A stretch of DNA of 38,864 nucleotides from Acidimicrobiia bacterium (lineage in GTDB: Bacteria; Actinomycetota; Acidimicrobiia; Spongiisociales; ZC4RG35). The notes under the pieces were generated by a model. That model did no database searches. It saw only the letters and a list, made by a program, of their open reading frames with translations, and was not told where the DNA came from. The stretch covers positions 1-38,864 of the forward strand of contig JAOUGY010000001.1 in the NCBI GenBank assembly GCA_029865445.1, in the 5' to 3' direction. Position numbers and translations under genes: made by a program. Shown one piece after another: positions 33,132-38,864 of the stretch (positions within the stretch are counted from its first letter, which is position 1; each line of letters begins with the position of its first letter).

Positions 33132-36119
33132 TCAGTCGGTGCTCACCGACACGACCGTCAGATCGAACAGCTCGGCCTCGGAGTAAGAAACGGCTCCGAG
33201 ATACTTGGTGCCGGCATCGAGTCCGGCCCATGAGACCGAAACCGTGGCACTTCCACCCAACGTTGCCGACGTGGGCGCCGTCACCGACAGATCGGTGACG
33301 TTGCTTCCGTCGGCCGGTGTCGCCGACACGCTCCAGTCGAAGAGCGTGTAGTTGGCGTCGTCACCATCGGTCTGCCAGCCATGCACGACGACCGTATATA
33401 CGCCGGCATCCGGGAAGAGCACGTTCACCTCTTCAGCCGAGGTTCCCGACCCGCTGCCGCCGACGAAACTGCCGTCGGGACCGAACACGTACAGGTCCAG
33501 GTCGTCGTCACCATCGGTGTAGTCGTCGAAGAGGGAGATACGTGTATACGCAGATCCCTCCGGAACTTCCACGCCGTGAAGGGTGATCCCGACACCGGTT
33601 CCGAGCGCCGTGTTGATGTCATCGGCCGGGTCGTCCACGACCGTGCCCTCTTGCGTGTTGGCGGCGACCAACCCGTGCGGGGCGGCCACGAAGTCGCCGG
33701 TGTACCCGAAGCTCACGGCGTAGTCGGCCGTGCCTTCGGTACCGGCACCACCAACCTCGTCGGGAGCGGCCAGCTTCACGGGCTGGATGACCAGCTGACT
33801 GGTCACCTGATGCCCGCGGTTGCCTTCCCACGTGAGCGTGCCGAACGAGTACTGGTCGAGCGGCGCATCGGTCCGGGTGAAGGTGACCTTGAAGTCGGCG
33901 TTCTGGCCGGGCCGCAGCCGCAGCCGCGCTGGCGAGACCGTCACGTCGATCCCCGCAGGGGCATCGACACTGGCGGTGAATACGCCGGCCTTGCCCGACA
34001 CGTTGGTGACCCGACGCATCACCGTCTGGCTTCCCGCCAACTCGGCCACCGCGATGTTGGGCTGGTTCAGGTCGCTCGGGTCGAGGACCCTCACGCCGAA
34101 CACATCGGTGCACACGCTCGCAGCCAGCTGGCCCGTTCCGCACAGGAACCCGACGTACTGGTTGAAGCCGACCTTGTACACCAGACCCGGATCGAGCGCA
34201 GCGTTCGGGTTCACATGACCCGAACCATCGTCGAACGGAGTCATCGATGCCACCTCGTCGGCAGTCGTCATCAGCGCCGACTTGATCATGTCTGGTGACC
34301 ACCCACGATGCGCCGACTTCACGACTGCGGCCAGACCCGCGATGTGCGGGCTCGACATCGACGTACCCGAGAGCGCATCGAAGTCACGGCCGTTGTAGCC
34401 GGGAGGCGACACTGCCGCGATCACATCGACGCCGGGGGCGATGATGTCAGGCTTCAAGATGTCGCCGGACGCTGCCAGCGGGCCCTGAGACGAGAACGCC
34501 GCACGCTGCGGCGCAGTCGTGTCCACGACAGGCACGCCTGGACTGAGTTGACCCGTGGCCGCGTCGCCCTCTGCAGCGATGTAGGCGGTGATCTCACCAA
34601 ACGCCTCTTCGTCGACGTGAATCGACGGCACGAAATGAATGTCGGCGTTGATGGAGTTCGGCGAGGGATTGGCAAGGACCATGCCCAGGCCGCCCGCGTC
34701 CCGCACTGCCAGCGACTTGTCGACCCGTGCGATGACGCCGCGTTCGCAGAGGACCATCTTGTCGTCGACGGCGACGGGGTCGAGGCTTCCTGGAACGCAC
34801 AGCCGTACGTCCTCGGAGTCGGCGCCCGCCAATCCGACGTTCACCGAGTGAACGAGGGGCAGGACGTCGGTCCCCGTGTTCTGGAACGACGCGCTCGTGT
34901 ACGAGGTGCCGTCACCGAGGGTGAGGGTCGCCTCCGAGTACCGGTCGTGGGTTCCTGCAGCAACCGTGGTGATCCACGGGCTGGGATGGGCGACCGTGCT
35001 CGCTCCTGCGGTGTTTCCGGCCGAAGCCGCCACGAACACACCGGCGTCCTCGGCGAAGAGGAACGCCACCTCGACCGGGTCGAGGAAGTTGGTCCGAGTC
35101 CCCGAGATCGAGTAGTTGATCACGTCGACGCCGTCGGCAACGGCCTGATCGATCGCCGCCACCGAGTCGGTGGTGAGGCATCCGCCTTCCGGAGCCCGAC
35201 CCCAGCAGACCTTGTAGGCCGCAATCCGAGCCATCGGAGCCATACCGCTGGCCGTGCCGAGCACCTGCCCGTCGACTACGACATCGACATTGCCGTTCCC
35301 GCCGGCCGTGCTGGCCGTGTGGGTTCCGTGACCATCGGCGTCGCGGGGGGAGTCGTACTCGTACGGGAACTCGGTCTTCGCCGTCGTCCCGTCGCCCCAT
35401 CCGGAGTTGTAGTACCGGGCTCCGATGAGCTTGCGGTTGCAGTCGCTGGCATCGAAGGAGTCACCGGCCACGCACTCACCGTTCCAGCGCCTCAAAGCCG
35501 GGAACCCTCGTCCGGCGTTGTCGGCGAAGCTGGCGCTCTCCGGCCAGATACCCGAGTCGACCACGCCGATGATGACATTGCGCCCCGTGTATCCCATGTC
35601 CCAGGCCCCTCCGTCATCGGTGAGACCGAGGAAATCCGGGGTCGAGATGGTGTCGAGTTGACGGACTTCGTCCTCGACCACGGCGAGCACGCCGGACTGC
35701 TTGGCGAGAGCCGTCGCTTCGGTCCCCGACATGCGGGCGGCGAATCCATTGAACACCACTCCGTAGTCGTAGATCTTCTTGCCGGTCGAGATGCCCGCCG
35801 ACCTCATAGCGGCGTTGGCACGTCCCCGCAGATAGCTGCGATACCTCACGGCCGCAGTGCTGTTGGCGTCGACCTTCTGTCCCTCAGCCGGTTTGGTGGC
35901 GGCGTACCCGGGAACGTCCCCCGCATATCCGGCGACCGGATCCCCGGCCATCATGACGATGTAGGTGCTCTCGGTCTTGTCCGCAACGATTCCCGCTACT
36001 GCATCGGCCGGTACAGAAAAATCCCCAGCTTCCTGCGCGGAAACCGGGGATAGGCCGAACAACATCGAGAACGCAGTGAACAAGAGCAGCAGCACGCCGC
36101 GCTTGGAGCGCTTCACCAT
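33132..36119 (-). CDS. Secreted subtilisin-like serine protease: signal peptide, I9 propeptide, S8 catalytic domain with PA insert, Fn3-like domain, C-terminal PPC domain
   Basis: Signal MVKRSKRGVLLLLFTAFSMLFGLSPVSAQEA. Catalytic D (VIIGVVDSG), H (HGTHTASTAGG) and S (SGTSMSSPHIAG). PPC-like DDDLDLYVFGPDG. SD GGAGGA upstream of the ATG at 36119. Confidence 0.9.
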   Translation of the reverse strand: MVKRSKRGVLLLLFTAFSMLFGLSPVSAQEAGDFSVPADAVAGIVADKTESTYIVMMAGDPVAGYAGDVPGYAATKPAEGQKVDANSTAAVRYRSYLRGRANAAMRSAGISTGKKIYDYGVVFNGFAARMSGTEATALAKQSGVLAVVEDEVRQLDTISTPDFLGLTDDGGAWDMGYTGRNVIIGVVDSGIWPESASFADNAGRGFPALRRWNGECVAGDSFDASDCNRKLIGARYYNSGWGDGTTAKTEFPYEYDSPRDADGHGTHTASTAGGNGNVDVVVDGQVLGTASGMAPMARIAAYKVCWGRAPEGGCLTTDSVAAIDQAVADGVDVINYSISGTRTNFLDPVEVAFLFAEDAGVFVAASAGNTAGASTVAHPSPWITTVAAGTHDRYSEATLTLGDGTSYTSASFQNTGTDVLPLVHSVNVGLAGADSEDVRLCVPGSLDPVAVDDKMVLCERGVIARVDKSLAVRDAGGLGMVLANPSPNSINADIHFVPSIHVDEEAFGEITAYIAAEGDAATGQLSPGVPVVDTTAPQRAAFSSQGPLAASGDILKPDIIAPGVDVIAAVSPPGYNGRDFDALSGTSMSSPHIAGLAAVVKSAHRGWSPDMIKSALMTTADEVASMTPFDDGSGHVNPNAALDPGLVYKVGFNQYVGFLCGTGQLAASVCTDVFGVRVLDPSDLNQPNIAVAELAGSQTVMRRVTNVSGKAGVFTASVDAPAGIDVTVSPARLRLRPGQNADFKVTFTRTDAPLDQYSFGTLTWEGNRGHQVTSQLVIQPVKLAAPDEVGGAGTEGTADYAVSFGYTGDFVAAPHGLVAANTQEGTVVDDPADDINTALGTGVGITLHGVEVPEGSAYTRISLFDDYTDGDDDLDLYVFGPDGSFVGGSGSGTSAEEVNVLFPDAGVYTVVVHGWQTDGDDANYTLFDWSVSATPADGSNVTDLSVTAPTSATLGGSATVSVSWAGLDAGTKYLGAVSYSEAELFDLTVVSVSTD

Positions 36120-36253
36120 GCTTCCTCCTCTGGTTTCCCCGCTGTCTCTCCCGCCTCCGACCCCCAACCGTCAGAGACCCGTCAACCATAGACCCTGTCT
36201 GTGCAGGGTGACAAGACCAGATCTGTCGCGAACGCGACAATTCGGCGACTTTT

Positions 36254-37294
36254 CTACTTTCTGGCCACGAGCACTCGAAAGTCGCCCAGTCCGCGGGGGT
36301 GAACAAGCGTTTCGGCCTCCGCCCGGCGAGTTCGGACCGCCAGTCGCTGCATGTCATCGCCGGCACGGGCGAGTTCGAGTTCGGTGCGGCGCATGTCGGA
36401 GATCCGCCCGCGGAGTCCCCACGCCCCGAGAAAGTCGTCCTGACGGTGGATCTCCACAGACGCGCCCGCTTCCTCGGCCGCCGCCGCCATCGCCGTGAAA
36501 TTGACGTCGGCCGTTATGTCCGTGGCACCCGGTTCGTCTAGCGGGTGCGGACCAAGGTGGTGCGACCGGTACGTCCGCAACGTTCCATCCCGGCGCCGGG
36601 GAGCGAGATTCTCGGCAACGTCGCCGTAGTCGATGAGCACCACCGACCCGCGGTCGAGCATACGAACCGCTCGCCGCACCCAACCCGCGGCCTCGATCTG
36701 GACCTCCACCCAACCTCCGACCTCCACCGGACCGGCGAACCGAGCCAACCAATCCCCGACTTCGGGCCGAACCGGCGCGTCCACGAAACACAGATCGTCG
36801 TCATCCGCTCCAACCCATCGTTCCCGCCACCCCGCTTCGGTCAGTTGAGCGATGGCCATCGGCAGGTTGTCCAGGAGCTCGTTGGCGAGGATCACGCCGG
36901 CCATGGGCGTCTGCAGATCTTCGAGCGACGAGAACACGGCGTCGGCGCCCACGATGGTTTCCAGCGCGGCGCGGGCTGCAGGTGAGGCCTCGACCGCCCG
37001 AGCCGGTACCGGCAGAGCTGAGAGCAACGGGGCCAGCAGTGAGCCGCTACCTCCCGCCACCTCGACCAGGCCAAAATCGGCGCCGACGCGATCCCTCTCG
37101 GCGCCAACGTAGACAGCCAGCGTCTCCCCGAAGAGCACGCTCACCTCGGGCGACGTGAGGAAGTGCCCGCTCTTGGTGGAGCGGAGCTCGGCCGAGGCGA
37201 AGAACCCTCCGTCGCCATAGAGCGCCTCACGCATGAACTCGTCGAAAGGAATCGGTCCACCCGCGGCGATTTGTCGCACCAGTCGCGCCTTCAT
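36254..37294 (-). CDS. SAM-dependent methyltransferase, MidA/NDUFAF7 (DUF185) family
   Basis: IPFDEFMREALYGDGGFF...FLTSPEVSVLFGE and LVEVAGGSGSL (SAM motif I). 346 aa. Confidence 0.8.
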   Translation of the reverse strand: MKARLVRQIAAGGPIPFDEFMREALYGDGGFFASAELRSTKSGHFLTSPEVSVLFGETLAVYVGAERDRVGADFGLVEVAGGSGSLLAPLLSALPVPARAVEASPAARAALETIVGADAVFSSLEDLQTPMAGVILANELLDNLPMAIAQLTEAGWRERWVGADDDDLCFVDAPVRPEVGDWLARFAGPVEVGGWVEVQIEAAGWVRRAVRMLDRGSVVLIDYGDVAENLAPRRRDGTLRTYRSHHLGPHPLDEPGATDITADVNFTAMAAAAEEAGASVEIHRQDDFLGAWGLRGRISDMRRTELELARAGDDMQRLAVRTRRAEAETLVHPRGLGDFRVLVARK

Positions 37295-37359
37295 GAATCC
37301 ATCAAGCTACCAGTGCTCTCAGAGACCCCATCCGAGGCTCGATCGGCCATACTCCGACC

Positions 37360-38211
37360 ATGGAATTCGGAGTCTCGATCTTCGCCACCGACACCACAAT
37401 CGATCCGGTGACCGTCGCCAAGGCCGCCGAGGATCGCGGGTTCGACTCGCTGTGGCTTCCGGAGCACAGCCACATCCCCGCCTCCAGAGAGACGCCGTGG
37501 GGAGGGGTCGCCGGGGCGCCACCTCTGCCCGAGCACTACTGGCGGACGCTCGACACCTTCGTCGCACTTGGCGCGGCCGCCGCGGCAACGGATCGCCTCA
37601 AACTCGCGACCGGCATCACGCTGCTGGCACAACGTGACCCGATCTGGACGGCGAAGGAGGTCGCGACCGTCGATCACCTTTCGGGCGGCCGCTTCATATT
37701 CGGCATCGGGTACGGCTGGAACAAGGAAGAGCTGGCCTCTCACGGGGTCTCATACACGGAACGGCGCGCATTGATGCGCGAGAAGATCCACGTCATGAAA
37801 GCACTGTGGACGGACGACGTCGCTTCGTATGCCGGCGAGAAGCTACACCTCGAACCGTCCTGGGCGTGGCCCAAGCCGATCCAGAAGCCGCATCCGCCGA
37901 TCGTGCTGGGGGGCGCGATCGGACCCAGAACTCTGGCGGACATCGTGGAGTTCTGCGACGGATGGTTTCCGCTCGGACGCTACGACCTCGAGGAGGGAAC
38001 GCGAGCGGTCCGCCAGGCTCTCACCGACGCAGGTCGAGACGACTCTGCCTTCGAGTTCTCGTATTTCCACGCCCGGCCGTCGGACGATTTCATCGGGCAC
38101 CTCTCCACGCTGGGGTTTTCGCGAGCCGTGTTCGGGCTCCCTCAGGGTGACGCATCCGAGGTCATGGCCTCGCTCGACGAACTCGCCCGGTTCGCGGCTC
38201 GAATGAAGTGA
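37360..38211 (+). CDS. Luciferase-like (LLM class) probably F420-dependent oxidoreductase
   Basis: MEFGVSIFATD...AEDRGFDSLWLPEHSHIP and GRFIFGIGYGWNKEE, typical of the LLM F420-dependent subfamily. Confidence 0.8.
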   Translation: MEFGVSIFATDTTIDPVTVAKAAEDRGFDSLWLPEHSHIPASRETPWGGVAGAPPLPEHYWRTLDTFVALGAAAAATDRLKLATGITLLAQRDPIWTAKEVATVDHLSGGRFIFGIGYGWNKEELASHGVSYTERRALMREKIHVMKALWTDDVASYAGEKLHLEPSWAWPKPIQKPHPPIVLGGAIGPRTLADIVEFCDGWFPLGRYDLEEGTRAVRQALTDAGRDDSAFEFSYFHARPSDDFIGHLSTLGFSRAVFGLPQGDASEVMASLDELARFAARMK

Positions 38212-38864
38212 AGACTCCGCTCCGGGTCCTGTTCGTCGCCTCCGAGGTGGTCCCCTACGCAAAGACCGGCGGGCTGGCCGATGTCGGAGGGGCGTTGCCG
38301 GCCGCACTTCGAGCCGCCGGTCACGACGTCGTGACGATCCTGCCGCTGTACTCCGCCATCGACCGCAGCGGCCTCCGGCCCGTACCGGAGTGGTCCGGCA
38401 CCTGTCAGGTCGGGAGTCATGGTTTCGACTGGCTGCTGTGGCAAGACCCCGCCACGAACACTCGCTTCGTCGAGGTACCCGCATTGTTCGATCGGCACGA
38501 GTTCTACACCCACGATCCCGATGAACACATACGATTCGCGGTCTTCTCGCAGATCTGTCTCGACCACGTCGTGACCACGGGCTGGATCCCGGACATCATC
38601 CACTGCAACGACTGGCAGACAGGTCTGATGCCGGCGATGCTCCGGGGCCCATATTCGTCGGCGTTGGCGGGCACCCGATCGATACTGACGATCCACAACC
38701 TTGGATACCAGGGTGTCTTCGGAGCCCAGTCCGCAGATGAGCTCGGGCTGGAAGGCCACACTCACCTCCTTCATCGCGAGCACCTTGCAGAGGGCCGGAT
38801 CTCCCTGCTCGAGACCGCCATCATGCACGCAGATGCCATCACCACGGTCTCCCCGACCTATGCC
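38208..38864 (+). CDS. glgA: Glycogen/starch synthase (GT5, GlgA), 5' partial running off the window; not in the ORF track
   Basis: Hand translation from the GTG at 38208 gives VKTPLRVLFVASEVVPYAKTGGLADVGGALPAALRAAGHDV...IHCNDWQTGL...TVSPTYA. Open to the window end. GTGA overlap with the preceding stop. Confidence 0.88.
   Translation, partial: MKTPLRVLFVASEVVPYAKTGGLADVGGALPAALRAAGHDVVTILPLYSAIDRSGLRPVPEWSGTCQVGSHGFDWLLWQDPATNTRFVEVPALFDRHEFYTHDPDEHIRFAVFSQICLDHVVTTGWIPDIIHCNDWQTGLMPAMLRGPYSSALAGTRSILTIHNLGYQGVFGAQSADELGLEGHTHLLHREHLAEGRISLLETAIMHADAITTVSPTYA

Noticed and set aside
34308-36053. 581-aa plus-strand ORF
   Set aside because: It is antisense to the S8 protease gene, which has unambiguous catalytic motifs, a signal peptide and an SD. 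The mirror ORF has no motifs.

Overview
High-GC (about two-thirds G+C by eye) Actinomycetota-type chromosomal segment, mostly housekeeping genes. Left to right: otsA-otsB trehalose operon; a convergent transsulfuration pair (CBS/cysteine-synthase-like and cystathionine gamma-lyase-like); a TauE/SafE exporter; an ECF sigma / RskA-like anti-sigma pair; a 2-hydroxyacid dehydrogenase; an XRE-HTH membrane protein. Next comes tRNA-Sec (selC), followed by about 4 kb that looks like a decayed island: a response-regulator remnant, intact vapBC, a broken GNAT gene, and a beta-trefoil + M6 metalloprotease fusion. The remainder is maeB, hflX, tetR, ppgK, gnd, a DUF559 gene bracketed by 48-bp direct repeats, serB, pepN, then rplL-rplJ-rplA-rplK-nusG-secE-tRNA-Trp-(fused HadAB-like dehydratase)-rpmG-tuf-tRNA-Met/Thr/Tyr, htpX, a large secreted S8 subtilase, a MidA-family methyltransferase, an LLM/F420-type oxidoreductase and the 5' part of glgA. 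rpmG and glgA are absent from the ORF track.

I did not find a multi-gene system I can name as novel. The strongest anomalies are:
- tuf almost completely avoids C at codon position 3, unlike all neighbouring genes, and the anomaly matches the CDS boundaries.
- A 1048-bp DUF559 cassette is flanked by 48-bp direct repeats built from a 13-bp palindrome.
- A 192-bp element with 13-bp perfect terminal inverted repeats and TGA/TGA flanks sits in the long rplA-rplJ spacer.
- A roughly 260-nt terminator-capped candidate sRNA lies upstream of the gamma-lyase gene.
- Heptanucleotide tandem repeats directly abut two stop codons.
- A signal-less trefoil-M6 protease lies in the selC-adjacent region.

Many long ORFs in the track are antisense or over-extended high-GC artefacts. 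All coordinates of hairpins and repeats were worked out by hand, without tools.
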